NCBI RefSeq assembly: GCF_036321535.1
Contig: NC_087437.1
Location: 74,712,001 to 74,776,000 of the forward strand
DNA length: 64,000 bases
Direction: 5' to 3'
Source: Camelus dromedarius
Lineage: Eukaryota
The position numbers were made by a program, and so were the translations under genes. Shown here piece by piece: positions 22,819-36,340 of this stretch; position 1 is the stretch's first letter, and each line of letters opens with the position of its first letter. The notes beneath the pieces are model-generated. The model was not told where the DNA came from and ran no database searches. It worked only from the letters and a program-made list of their open reading frames with translations.

Positions 22819-25800
22819 AAAGAACTCATGTGCATTAATACTTAGTACCAAGTTGAAAATACTCACTTCTTTGCTTCCATTGGTTAAAGTTTGAGAAAAG
22901 AAATTTTTTTGAGAAATTGCATTTTTGTGAACTACAATTCTTTTGTATAATTAAAATGAGACTGAATCTAGGCAAAGAAAGTTTAGGGCTACTGTGGTCC
23001 AAAGTCACAGACTATTTTAGCAGTTCAGTCTGGAAGTGAGAATATGTACAACACATGTAATTTATTAATCTTCATTTTTATTTTGTGAATAAAGAATTCA
23101 TTCACATAGTTCAAAATCAAGATTCCGGAGGGTGAAAAGTCTCTGTCCTCCATCCACTGGGTTCTCTTTCCAGAGAGAATGTTGGAGTCTCTTAAATGGC
23201 CATCTAAAGATGTTTTGTGCATATTGATGAGAATATTTATGTGCATTTCCTTTCAATATGATTTAGAACCTTCTCAGTCTAGTTCCCAGTTAGGCTCTCA
23301 GTAAGCCAGGAGAAAGAAGGCAAAGCACCATGTGGTCTGTCTTTTGAAAAGTGTTACAAGTGAATTAACAAGTAATTGAAAATGAGTGTGGCATCAGGAG
23401 ATTAAGAACTCAATGCAAATACACCTGACCTTCTGCTATTTATCATTTACTGTATGAAGGCAAATAGTGGATATATGACCGAAATTATAAATTATCTAAC
23501 ATTACTTTAAAGTGATTTTAGATTTAAAAAACAGGGGACTTTCTAAAAAACCCACACTTTCCAATTAGCAAAGGGTACTTTCTGAAATTCTAAATATAAG
23601 CAGTAAATGTTACATAGGGTTAAGGTTTATTCTTGTTTTAAAAATTGAACTTGCCCTTCAAGTTAGACAGTTGTATAAGAGGTAACAAAACATACTGTTG
23701 CCTATTTGTTGCATATAAATAAATGTGTGTTACTGCGATAGCTCAAGAACCTTTTCCATCTTCGCTATTGGATTATGATCTCCCATGCCTAGTAGATAGG
23801 AGATATTCAATAACTGTGTCTTTAATGTGTGAAGAAATAGCTTATATGTAAAAAAACAAAACAAAACAAAAAACAAGTGATACTAGATTTCTCAACCTTC
23901 ACTTTTTCCCCACCAGATATGACTAACAGTAAAAGAAGGAGGTATCTTGAAGATGTTTAACCACAGAATGTAGTCATTCACAAAATTTCCGCAGGTTGCT
24001 AAATTTCAGAAAGACAGTTATCCCTAGTTTTCTTCAGCTTTCCTGAATTTTAAAGGCATAGTGAAAAGAATATCGATGCTTAAGTTGAACAGAGCAGTGG
24101 TCAAATTCTGGTTTCACCATTTAACAGCTGTGAGAAAGTAGCATGCTCCTTACCCTTCTTCATCAGCAAAAGGACAGTGATTTTTTTTTTTTTTTTTTTT
24201 TTTACCAGACTGGGTTTTGCTTTGTGAGACAATGTCTGTAAAACTCCTTGCAGAAAATAGATCCTTAATTGTAAATGGTACTATTATTGGTGTTCTTAGT
24301 AGACAGGAGAAAGTATGGAAAAGGAAGGAATGCCTACACCAGTTTCAGGCAAGAACCTTGGAAAATTATGAGGGGTTTATAGGAGGAACTGAGATAGCAC
24401 TTTGTTACCTCCAGTAGCAACTTTCTCCAAAATGTTTTGACTGTCAAATTAATAATGTAGAGCTTTTTTTTTTAAAATTTAACTCTCCTGCTTGAAACCT
24501 CTTTATCTCGCTCTGCCATTGTTTTAATAGGAAGTTCATGTCTGTTCATAATCTGCTATTTTATATTTTTTCAAATTTCCCAGTGCAAAACTTCTGCTCT
24601 TGCTGCCTGGCACTGGAGGTATTCTTTTCCTCATCCACTTCTAGGCTTTAGTTCCAGCTGTCCCCCCACCTTCTCTGTCATCTCCACTCACCTTTCCATG
24701 CCCCCCTCCCTAATAAAAAGACCAAACAGCAATGCCCTCCCACATAAGAGTTGAGAGCTACTTTTCTTGTTTTATGAATTCTTATTATACATACTGCCTT
24801 TTGTTGTAATTTAAATTTGCACTAGGAATATCACTTGTCTTTTTGGTAAGAGTGTTTCCTCAAGGTGGTGATTGTTATATTTCTTTGTGTCCAACCAAGA
24901 TGCTAACATCTTTATGTTTCTTAGAGAATTCTGCAAAAGGAGTCTGTGGGTCCAATTACTCCTTCACTGATAATTTTGATAGTACATCTAAGGAATTAGG
25001 ACTTTTTTATACAAAAGCCACATGGGTCTGAGGTTCCCTCAGCTCTTTCTGCCTAAAGTACTATTTTCTCCAAGTGATTATTCCACTGTAAATCATTCTG
25101 TTTCTGGAGCGCCTTCTATTGGGCAAGTGGCTGCTAGATGACAAATGCTACCTGAAATTTAGGGATAGCCTAATTTCTCTGTAGCAAAGTTTCAAAACTA
25201 CAAGCAAATACAGGATGTTTAAAGCAATGATGAAGCCCCAGTGTAAATTTGTAGTGTTTTTTTTTTCCCCTCCTAATCCCACCATGCCCCGATGGCTCTT
25301 GACGACTTTTAAATAGAATGCTATTCAAATAACGTTTTTGAAACACATGGATTCCTATCCTTGTTTAATTTTCTTGATTTCAAAAGTTGACTCAAGTAAA
25401 GCCAGGATTCCATTCTTATATTGAATTTTTAGTCCCTTAGGACTATGTAGTCAATTAAGCTATCCTTCTAAGAGTGCTAAATATTCACTAACATTATTAA
25501 TCATTTAAAAAGTACCAGGATCTGATTTCCTCTGGGAGATGCTGTGTACTGGTTTTGAGTGTGTCTCATTTCAGGTCTACTGCAAGGATAGGGCCATATC
25601 CTTCAGCTCTGTTGGCAAATGTGCCAAAGCTAAAACTTCCTTGTTGATGGAATGATGACTTTGGGTTTTAGGTACAGTTTCATGGCTTCATTAATTACTT
25701 AAGATCCAACATCGGGATATTATTCCCTTTTAAACAAAATTATTTTAATCAAAACTGAGCGTAAAAAATGTTCAGTGACTATAATTAGATTAAATCAGAA

Positions 25801-25849
25801 AATAAGATAGTATGATTGCTAATAGCAGCAAATACTCATATTGTCCTTC

Positions 25850-25965
25850 ACATCGACCCCATTTTACTGATAAGAAATTGAAGTTCAGAGAAGTTAAGTA
25901 ATTTACCCTAGGTCACTCAACTATAGATGGTAGAGCCACAATTCAGACCCAAAGGCACTGTGGAC
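25850..25965 (-). mobile_element. MIR SINE
   Basis: Core 'cccattttactgataagaaattgaagttcagagaagttaagtaatttaccctaggtcactcaacta'. Confidence 0.85.
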
Positions 25966-27024
25966 CTAGAATTATTTCTCTAAAACTATTCTGGAAAAAA
26001 GCATATTTTTTTGTGAGATAAGTTACTGAAGTTAAGATACCTCTGCAATTAGTGTGTATTATATGAAGGTAACATTGAGGCTGCCAGCATCACCTCATCT
26101 TTTGAGCAGAAACCTGAAGTGGTTACCCCTCTAATGGAACTGACTTAATTAAAAAATATCTTTTGTTCATGGCCGTGTCCATGAAATTTCACAAATAAAC
26201 TCATTTGTATATGCTATTTGACCATACTAGGTGTTAAGTTTCTAGCACATACACTTAACTATAGGTGAGGTTGAAGAATTATATGACTCCCCCTTCTCTT
26301 CTGCACTCAGTGACAAATTAGGACAAGTCTTCCTAGTTCTGACTGTAATGCTCTCATTCAGATCTTAGGGCATACAGAGTTTTGTAGGTAATTTGTTTTT
26401 TGATGCATCTAATTTCTATATTTATTCTATTAGTTTAGGAGATTGTGGTAACTATAGTAACTTTTAATTATTATTATTATTTTGTTATTAATTGTTCCTT
26501 GTGTAAGATGGATGCATAAAAAATTGCATTGCACTTTTATATTATAATACCATGCAGCCACTAAAAAGATTGAGGTAAATAGATATACCCCCTACCACCA
26601 CACTACTGCCAGCACTACCGCCTCCACCTCCATACTGTTGTTCCTAATAGCAAGTATTTGCATGGCATTTGGTTTGAGTTAGGCAATGTTCTAAGCTCTT
26701 CATATATATTAACTCATTTAATCTATAATCTGTAGTTTATCTCTGAAAGGCTATTCAAAGAATTGGTCATTGTGGTTCCTTAAGGGAGTCTGGAGCAACT
26801 AGAGTCTGGCTGACAGATTTAGTTTTCACTGAATCCATTTTTTCTGGTTTGAAATTAAGATACACATTGTATCAAATTAATAAAATACTTTTAATGTAAT
26901 AACTTCATTAATATTAAAATAATGTAAAAATAAAAATAGAACATAGATAAGCAGAAAAACAGCAAGCAGCATATATACACTATGTCTGCAAATGAGTTCT
27001 TGTTTTTTATATTATGGCCAACAC

Positions 27025-27402
27025 TAAAAGGCACAGCTCAAATCTTCCTTCCAAAAAAAAACTCACTGCCCTCCTGTAGGGAGAGAAGTTAGCTGATAGC
27101 CTCCAACTGAAGTATTCAAGCTGAGGTCATTCTCTTTTTCCAAGCCCCCTGTTAATGACTAAGCGAGGTGGTAGAACAAGGGCCAGGCCACTTCCCCCCA
27201 ATATCAGACTCCTCTAATCTTTGCTCCGGAACTCCCCACTGGACTGTTCTGCATGGCATTGTCAGGTCTGCATGGCAGTCTACCAGCTCCCGCTGAGTAA
27301 TCCTGTGTCCTCCACTCTTCTTTCACGGGTTTTCCTCCCAATTACCATTTGCATTCCTAACTCACTCTCAGCTCCTGCTTCCTAAAGAGCTGAACCAGCA
27401 CA
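27025..27402 (+). mobile_element. ERVL LTR33-like LTR
   Basis: 'aatgactaagcgaggtggtagaacaagggccaggccacttccccca...ctcagctcctgcttcctaaagagctgaaccagcaca'. Confidence 0.55.
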
Positions 27403-27417
27403 CAAATCCATGAGGAC

Positions 27418-27968
27418 TTATAGGAGGAAAAATTCTTTTCCACCCTCTTAGGATTTCTGGCCTCGCCTAACATTTTAACTGATGTAAGGGGAAAGATTAA
27501 TGAGAAAAAAACATACAAGTTTTATTAAACTTTTACATGTATGTGGGGGTCTTCATCAGAGAATGAAGACCTGAAGTGACCAGAGAAGAAAGCTTTTATA
27601 TCTTTTCGACAAGGAAATGATAAATTTGTGAGGAAATGACAAGAGAAAAGAGTTCGGGATAGGGGCAGCAAACTGTGAGGAAGTAAGTTGGAGACACATT
27701 GGGGCTGGGGTGGGTTGTGCAAAGCTAGTAGTTTGTACAGATGCATTTCAGCGTTGATTCCCAGTTTCTGGAGATAAGAATGCTCTTCTCTTCCTGGTTC
27801 TGGGAGGGCACCTATACCCTCGTGGGAAATTTTATGGCATGTTTTTAGGTAGAAAAGGATAGGTCAGAGAGCTCTTCCTGCATCTACTATTTATCACGTG
27901 CTTTCAGCTCAAAATAATCAATATATTAAAGTGGTGTATTTTGGAGTGGCATGTCCTGAACTCCTTCA
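27418..27968 (-). mobile_element. ERV1-class solo LTR (MER31/MER34-like)
   Basis: Ends 'cagctcaaaataatcaatatattaaagtggtgtattttggagtggcatgtcctgaactccttca'. Flanked by AGGAC at 27413-27417 and 27969-27973. Confidence 0.75.
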
Positions 27969-28279
27969 AGGACAAGGACAGGACTGAAAGAAATTTAGGT
28001 AATTGTTCCCTTCTCTTAAAAAATTTGTTACCTCATCTTTTCTTCTTTTACATTTTTAATTTTAATCCTGCATCTGTGTAGATTAAAGACATTCATATAG
28101 TTTAAATGCATATATATAAAGAATCAGCTTATTCAAAAAGACTTGCTAAGGTCAACAGAAGTCTCTAGTTTTTCTACTTTATTTTCCTTTCCCCAAAGGA
28201 ATACACTTTTAATACTTAAAATTGACTCTCAATTTTAGCCTCTATATTGCTAATTAATATGCTAGTTTTGCTGCTTTTT

Positions 28280-28405
28280 TTTTTTTGAAGGGGGAGACAA
28301 TTAGTTATGTATGTATGTATGTATATATTTTAACAGTACTGGGGATCAAACCTACGACCTTTTGCATGCTAAGCATGCACTCTACCACTGAGCTATCCCC
28401 TCCCC
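28280..28405 (-). mobile_element. tRNA-Ala-derived camelid SINE (Vic-1 type)
   Basis: 'tgcatgctaagcatgcactctaccactgagctatcccctcccc', T tail, (TATG)n. Flanking repeat TTGCTGCTTTTT at 28268-28279 and 28412-28423. Confidence 0.9.
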
Positions 28406-29150
28406 ACTGTATTGCTGCTTTTTGATTTTTCCTTTTAGACTTTATTGACTCTACTATAAAAGATAAGGATTTAGCTTTCCTCTTTCTTTCTGTCTCCACT
28501 GTGTATGAGCATCTTTCAAATTTCCCAATATTTTAAATATCATTGTATCATAATATTGATTAGATCAATATTTAATATTCACATTATTATGACTATGAAA
28601 ATGCTATTCACAGCACAACCACATAGAAAACTATAATTACTTTTCCTTCTTAGCATTTTCTGGTTTTCCTGAAGTTGATTTTCCTTGTTTTTTCTTAATT
28701 GGTGCCATTTCCGTGCCCTTGGAAAATCAATATGGAATAAGGGTTATGAAAAGTCTTTGAAGTCAGCTTGCATGGATTTCAGCCCCAGTGTTCCTTCTTA
28801 CAAACTCCGTGACCTTAAGCCAGCTAGTTAATCATCTTTGCCTTCTTTTTCTTATCTGTAAAATAGAGGCGTTACATTCCTCCATTGCATGTTTCACATG
28901 CAAAATGCTTAGAAGAGTATCTGCCCACATAGAAAGTGTCCCATAAATGTTACCTATTATTAATCATTAATTCAACTCCAAACATTCTGTCAGTTTGTCT
29001 GAATCTCTTAATATGCTCACTCACAATAGTGAGTCTGTCAGTTTCATCTTTGTGGAAGTGTCTCCCTAATTCTTCCAACCTGCCCCACACAGGACTGTTA
29101 GCCTACTCCACCTGGGATGGACACGGAAAACTCTTATTCAGGATTTCCTT

Positions 29151-29552
29151 TGGTGAAATAAAATTCACATTTTTATTGCAAGACAAGAAAAATGTAAACA
29201 TAAAATTTTTCTTTGCTCATTTGAGCCTCTTTCCTCCTCTTTAGTGTGTACTGTGGATCTGCATTAACCAGACCTCCTTGGAAGCTAACTTTCCTCCTTA
29301 ATCTTGGAAGGGCCACAGTGACCCATCACCCACTATTTGCTTTATACACATAAATATGGATTGTGTAAACTGTCAATAATGTGTCATTTAATATATAGCC
29401 CTCTGTCTCAAAAACTTATATAACTGTGCTTTGACCTCTGGAACAGTTCTTGAAGCTTTCTGAGAGGCTGTTCCTGGGTTATAATCTTCCATTTGCCTTG
29501 AGTAAAAATTTCCACTTCTTTCTTAGATCAACTGATTAATTTTTCATCCACA
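29151..29552 (+). mobile_element. ERV1-class solo LTR
   Basis: TG..CA termini (tggtgaaa...catccaca), TATA-like 'cttatataac', AGTAAA poly(A) variant, and a 4-bp TSD CCTT on both sides. Confidence 0.8.
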
Positions 29553-32500
29553 CCTTTTATCTTCATCTTCCCTTGTTTTAGGTTTTGGTCCCTTCTCTTC
29601 TGTTTTCCATATCTTCCTCTTTGTTGATCTACACCTGTATTTTAATGAAGCATATATTACAGCTTCCGGAGAAATAGTTTTTTGGGAAGTATTTTTTTTA
29701 AAAGAAATTACATGTCTGAAAATGTCTGTGTCCTATCCTTATATTAATTATTAGTTTTGTTGGATATAGAATTCTAAAATGAAAGTAATTTGTCTTAAGA
29801 ATTGTGGAGGCATTCTTTCATTGTCTTGTTTCTAGTATTGCTGGTGAGTGGTCTAAAGCTATTTCCCTTTTCCCTTGAAGGAACCTTTTGAAGTCATTTG
29901 CTTAATTAGTTACGGTCACTTAACAAGGCACACTTAAACTGCAGAAATTTTCAATAAACTGAGAGTGCTGCCTCTAATCTCATGGACTATCTGGCATAGT
30001 GAGTGTAGGAGAATTATAAGGACTGTGCATATGCTGGAAAATAGATGGTGAGATAGTCCTAGGGGCTGGGAAAAATCTACCATGCAATTCCATGATTAAA
30101 CGCTCAGGAGCTATATACATGGCATAGTCCCAGAAAATAAACATTTCCTGAATGAGCAGGACTGTAGGACTGATAAACAAGTAGCAAAAATTCAGGGAAA
30201 AATCTGTTAACCTCGAAATGGACTCACAAAAGGATTAATCATCAGTGATAAATATTCGTGGTTCCCAAAAAGCTGAATGTGTTGTGCTATTCTGAGCAAA
30301 TTCCATCTATCACTGTTGACCGATAATAGCTATCCATCTATTACACTGACTAGTGAGGCTCTGCACCCAACGAGGTCAGCTTTATGACTTGCTTAGCTCC
30401 AAATTACTACAGTGGCTGTTTCACCATCACTATTGCCAAAGCATCCTCTTTTTCATGATTGCTGATACACAAACACACACACTCTTCTCTTCTTCATTCC
30501 AAAGCAAAAGAAGATAAATATGGTGGCATGATTTTCTTTCCAGGTATGCCTGCCAAGTTTAACTGAGCAATTAAAATATAGGCTTTCAAGTCTAATCAAT
30601 TATTGAACATTGATTGAGTACTCTTTGTTAGGCCTCTAGGGGAATATGAAGATTCATTAATACCTGGTTCTCACCTTCACAGAGCTTACATTCTAGTTAT
30701 TTTGCTAATACATAACCTCTTGAAAATTTCACTATGAGCAGTTGACTAAGTTTTCTTCACATTTGTGTTTCTCCTCATAGGAAAAGTGACTGGTAAATAA
30801 TAGGTGACCAAAATAATACTGAAGAATGGTAATTAAATGATGAAATTAAGCAACAGTTTTAGGCAACAGTGAAGTACTCTCACAGGGCATGATACAACTA
30901 ATTTTAAAATGAACTGTGTACACAGTGATACAGGAACAATGCTTCTCAAACTGGGTCCACAAGTTTGCTTCGAGAGTATTTTTTATTTTGTAGATGTTTG
31001 AAGGACATACACTTGAGGAACTTATATCCAATTTCATATTTGTATGTATTTAACTGATAATGTAATTTAAATGATTTAAAGTAATATTAAGGATCCTCAG
31101 AAATACTGTCCTTTTAATAGAATATTATTCAATGCCATGTACGGATCTTATTTGAATTGTCTTTCTTTTACATTCAGAATTTTTATTTCAAAACAAAGAA
31201 CCATGGTAACGATAATAGAAATTATTCACAATCTGGTCACTGAGAAATGGGAAAACTTCCACACTGTGGTACTATTTGAATTCTCTTTCAAACAAACTGC
31301 AAAATATTAAAAAAAAATCATGATAGAATAAGGGAAATCTAAATAATTACTGAATAGTTGATGATCCTAAGATATTATTGTTACTATTTTTAGGTGTTCT
31401 TTTTAAAAAGAATAGTTACTTTTTAAAAATAAATACTGAAATAGCAATGAATGAGATGACATGATGTCTGGGATTTTCTCTGAAATAATCTAGGAGGTGG
31501 TCAAAAAATATCCCTGTGGCACCTTATTTCTAGGTTAAGAAACTTGTGTTGTTGTTCTTGTTTTTAATAAATGGATTTTTGTGTTTGGCTTTTGTCCCGT
31601 CCTAGTCTCTGTAGAAAATGAATAGGCATATAAGAATCATAGCAATTCTTTTCAGTTGATAATAATTACTATCAATCTTTATGGCCTGATTAGCTCTATC
31701 TTAAGGCATATCTGTTATTTTTATCATGTCAGATATATTCCAGTTTGAGGTGAAATGAAAAAGATTTATGATGCAAAAGTTTTATGATACATCATCCCAA
31801 GAATGGTGGCTGCTTGCCGTTATAGAAAGTATTAGGGATGAGAAATGACTGGCCTAAAATTATGGCTAATGAAATTGTAATCTAGATTTATCAGCATCCA
31901 ATACTTATAGACATGTTTATTCATTTATTTACAGCAAATTCTGTAGTTTTAGAAATATCTTTGAAATTTCTTTCCCCCTTACTTTTATGATTTATCCAAT
32001 TATCCATTCCATTATTTCTTTCAGAGTAAATATGTTGAAATTCTAACTTAATTCATGTATAAAGACTGATCCTGAGTATAAATTGATATATCCTCTGACT
32101 TGGGGACAAATTATGCCACATAGTGACTGAAAATAGAACTAACCCAGAAAGTGATTTTGACGTAAGACCTCATTTTTTTTCCCCAGCGATTATTTCAGTC
32201 CTAGACTTTGGGAATGAGTCAAAACAGCCCAGAATGAGAGGGGTTGGGGGATCAATTTTATACTTAGTAAATTCAACAGTATGCAGGCAGATCAGTTGTT
32301 AGTAGGAACTTCTGAAAAATTGGATCATGTTTATCAATCAACATATATTTCGTGAGCATTTCCTTTTTTGCCTGACACTGTTGCAGATGCTGTGGGAAAA
32401 TATAAAAAATACCTGTGAGATGAATAGAAGACCTACAATCATGCTGAAGAAACAATACAATTGTTAAGAACAATTAAATGATGACTGTTGTAGTAATACA

Positions 32501-32814
32501 CAAATATAGGTTGAATAAAGGTAGACTTTCTGTGGATTGGAATAATTGATAAGGTTTTACCAAAGAAAATGGGGAATCAACTGGATGCTTATTAATCTTG
32601 GTTCTATTCTGGGTGGGATGACCATAAAGCAAAACAAACAATCCTAGAATCAGATTTGTGGGTAAAAATGACTTACAATGATCCAAGTAGGATCGGTTTA
32701 AGCCTTCCAGCAGTAGACTGACAAGGTTACAAGATAAATTTCAAGAAGATGATTTCTGTCTCCTTGAGATAAAAGAGAAGTGTTCAACAGATTAAATTCT
32801 AGGCTCTGCTAAAC

Positions 32815-33400
32815 TATTATGTTAGTTTGATACTGCTGCATAACAAATCACCACAATGTAGCAGCTTAAGCCAGCACATACTTATTAGCTCATAGTTCTC
32901 TGGATCAGGAGAAGCTATGGGCACAGCTAAACTGGGACCTCTGCTCAAGATTTCAAAAGGCTGCAGTCAGGATGTTGACCAGGCTGCATTCTCAACTGGA
33001 GGCCCACATAGGGAAAAATCTCCTTTCAAAATCATTTAGGTTATTGGCAGAATTCTGATTCTTGTGGCTATAGGACTGAGGAACTACATGAACCTTTCCA
33101 TAAGCAGTTACAGTGTGTCAGTTTGCTTTGTCCAGACCAGCAGGTCTTAGAATTGGTCTGCTAAGAGTCATATGTATATATGATCTTAGGTGGTATAGTC
33201 ATCTGTCTGTCTAATCTATATATATGTAGAGGTCTCCTAAGGTATAGATAGAAGATAGAGAGATAGGTAGGTAGGTAGGTAGATACATAGATAGATAGAT
33301 AGACTAATCTAATCATGGGAGTGACATCCTATCACCTTTGGTAATTCTTTTGGTTCAAATCAAGTCACAGGTTCTTCCTGCATTCAAGGAGAGGAGGTTA
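32815..33400 (-). mobile_element. MaLR LTR (MLT1E-like) containing a (GATA)/(GGTA)n microsatellite at about 33243-33303
   Basis: 'ctgctgcataacaaatcaccacaatgtagcagcttaa' through 'caagtcacaggttcttcctgcattcaagggagagg'. Confidence 0.75.
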
Positions 33401-33529
33401 ACTCATTAGATGCCCAGCTAACTATCAAATATTTAATAATATATTTCTACCATATTTTACTGTATTAATGAACAACTCAGTACTTCAGTTGGTGATCTAA
33501 ATAATCTCTTTATTCTTACTAAATCTCAT

Positions 33530-33995
33530 TGTTGGGAGACAATTTTCTATGTCTTTTACATTCCTGCACATCTTATGAGCAAGAGGCATTAACTTTTTGC
33601 TCAGATATTTGTGTAGCTAATGTCGCCCTCTAGGGCAGATGGCATATCTGTTTCCTGACCAAGGTGATAGAGATAATTTTTCCTTCCTGGAAAACATTAG
33701 GAAGGTTTGCTAGCATCTTTCTTGTACAACTGAGGGTTTCCTAAACACAAAATTTCTCAGCTGTGACACAGATCCACTGCATGTCCAGCATCCACCTGGG
33801 TTCATATCCTTATCAGCCCCATGGGACTTGGGGAGCAATGGGAATGCATTTGAACATGAAGCTCATGTTGCCTGCTGTGCCCTGGACAGTAAAGTCCTTT
33901 GTCTCTGACCCAGGTGTCTTATGTCTTCTGCCAGCATATATAAAACTGTGAACATGTTAAGGCTGGGCGACTTAGATCCTTCACAATTCCTGACA
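33530..33995 (+). mobile_element. ERVL solo LTR (LTR40-like)
   Basis: Starts 'tgttgggagacaatt', contains 'cagtaaagtcctttgtctctgacccagg' and ends 'cctgaca'. Confidence 0.8.
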
Positions 33996-35124
33996 CTTAG
34001 TTTTCCTCTAAGTGAGATTATTTCTAAGATTCCTTTCATGTTTCATCATTGATATTTTAATACTATCACTGGCTCTGTCATTTTCGTCACTGGCATAGAA
34101 GAACTCAACTATGTTTGTACTTGACTTCTTTTAAGGATGTTTAAACACTCCTCAATAGTCTAGAGATAGTAAAGATTATTTAAAACCACCTTTTGCAAAT
34201 AAAGAAACTAAATTTATTTTAATTTGCTGGAACTGCTAATGTGAGGCATTGGTTATTTGGGAAACAAATCTATTAGGACATTGCTTTGACTGGGAGTCAG
34301 GTGCTCATCCTTTAGCTCATGTTTTTGTTGTAGTTTTCTTTGGTTTATGGCAACATTATGAAATTCCATTCTTTGCATTTCTTTAAGTCATGTTTAAACA
34401 TCAGTCTGTAATATTCCACATCCCATGTTTTCTTCAAACTGTCCTCTCACATTTTCAAACATTGTTTTTTGTTAATTAGCATTTCTTAATTTATATTTTC
34501 TGTTTATTATAAAACAGTGGAATGCTTTGGCAGGAAATAGAATTGCAGTGAACCATAAACAGTGTTGGGAGCCTTCAAGGGCATCCTGAAAAAAACTTGT
34601 ACAGACAGGCAAAGCACACAGATGTGACAAGTAGCTTTTCCACAGTTAGCAAAGGATCCACAACTGCAGGTGAGGCCAGCCTGGTTTTGCTGTTTTGTTA
34701 TTTTCTTTAGCTATAATTGAAAGTAATAAACTAAAAGGTTAATTTTTACTGCATATTACAAAATTTATAGAGACTTCAGAAATAGCTAATCCATATTTTT
34801 CATAGAAAATTATATTTGGCTTAATACCTTAAAATAAAAACCTCAACATAAATTTAAAAAGTCTAACATTCTGACATGAATTTGTACACACGAGCAACCT
34901 ATAAGTATATGTGAGAGCATGTATGTGCATGTGCATGGATGTGTGTTTGTGTGGTAGGGCAAACTAAAGTGACAGTGTACCCTTACCTCCACCTAAGGGG
35001 CTAGGTTTTAGGCCAAATGACATTGCGTTGAAGCCATCCTTTTTCCTCCTCCCTTAGCCTCAAATGATGATGATGATGACAACCATGATGAAGATACAGG
35101 TGATGAAGGCAACAATAGCTACAA

Positions 35125-35330
35125 TAACAGGTAACATTTATCAGAGTCTCTAATGTGCATCAGGCATTACCCTATATGCTTTACTAGTGTTTCATTTAAT
35201 CCTTGAAACAGCTTTTGGATTGGGTATTACTAATAAACCGATTTTCATGAAACTGTAGCAAAAACAGCTTATGTAACTTTTTCAAATTCAAATAATTTTT
35301 AAGTAGTGTCAGAAATTTATGCTAAAGATA
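35125..35330 (-). mobile_element. MIR SINE
   Basis: 'taacatttatcagagtctctaatgtgcatcaggcatt...tcatttaatccttgaaacagc'. Confidence 0.65.
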
Positions 35331-35619
35331 ACTTCTCCGCAGACTGGGGATTTTTTTTTTTTTCCCCAGTTAAGAGCCATGAAAGAGATGAGGGAAAAAA
35401 AAAAAAAACCAAAAAATAGTTGAAGGTTGAATTAGTAAAAATGAACCTAATTTAGATATTGAGAAATCTATTAAATATTCCACTTATTAACTTGTAACAA
35501 TGATCAAAATAAGAAAAAATTACCAAAGAAATTTAGATAACGTTGAACAGAGAGTATTGTTGTTACTGTTTTTTAGTATAGCAGACGTTTTAATGGAATA
35601 ACTTTGTCTCGGGCAAAGG

Positions 35620-36340
35620 CAGTTCCTTGGTATCTCAGGATGTGTGTGAACCCCAAGAAGCTGGGGCATTCTCTGAGCCCCTGGGATCCATTTCCTGGAA
35701 CAAAAGGGCTGGCCCAGGGTGTCCACCCAGCCTCCAGTGGCAGGGCCTCTCAAATGTAGAAGGTTCTTGGCCTCCTTCTCAGGACTCGGGACTACTGCTC
35801 ACAGGGACATCTCCTAGAGGTGATTCCTGGAGAAAGGCTGTTCTGGGCAGGGATAAGGGCCCAAGCAGCAAGGGCAGGGGAGGCCAGCCCAGAAATCCTT
35901 TTACCTAGGGGACAACCCCTAATCCGGCTGGGCAGGGGGTGGGACATCACACACGGGTTCGGTGGTGGCTGTCACTGTCTCAGGGTGCCCGTCTTTGTGG
36001 GAGGGAGAGGAGGAGGGGATGTTCGAACGGAAAGGGAGGAAGCCCAGCGACATTCTCCAGAGCAGTGCAAGGCCATGGCCAGGTGCCTTGATCTCCTGTG
36101 GCTGTCCCCTGCAACACCTCTAGCGTGGTCTGTCTCAGGCCAGTTCAGGGCAGTGCGTGGTCCTGGCCAGGTTGCATACCCTTCTCTGCGAGGAGTGGGG
36201 ATGGCTCCCCAAAGGCCCTTGGTTCTAGACCAAAAGCTAGAAGATTCTTTGAGGGCTTTCCTGTTCCTGTGTCTCCATCTGTCTGGCTCTGTCAGGTTAG
36301 TTTCAGCAGCATTCAGCGTGCCACAGTTCCTTTTGTAATT
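35620..36340. other. Isolated GC-rich, CpG-moderate non-repeat block (possible regulatory element)
   Basis: Abrupt rise in GC content with G-runs and roughly a dozen CpG. I recognise no repeat family or protein in it. Confidence 0.4.

Larger units (their letters stand above)
28150..29880 (-). mobile_element. HAL1-like element, interrupted by a SINE, a MIR (about 28740-28960) and an LTR
   Basis: Antisense similarity to the HAL1-like block at 36960-37760 (e.g. 'acattattatgactatgaaaatgctattcac', 'catgtctgaaaatgtctgtg'). Confidence 0.55.

Noticed and set aside
24181..24203. Poly-T run as another tail-only insertion
   Set aside because: No flanking direct repeat. It looks like homopolymer expansion within a MIR-like remnant.
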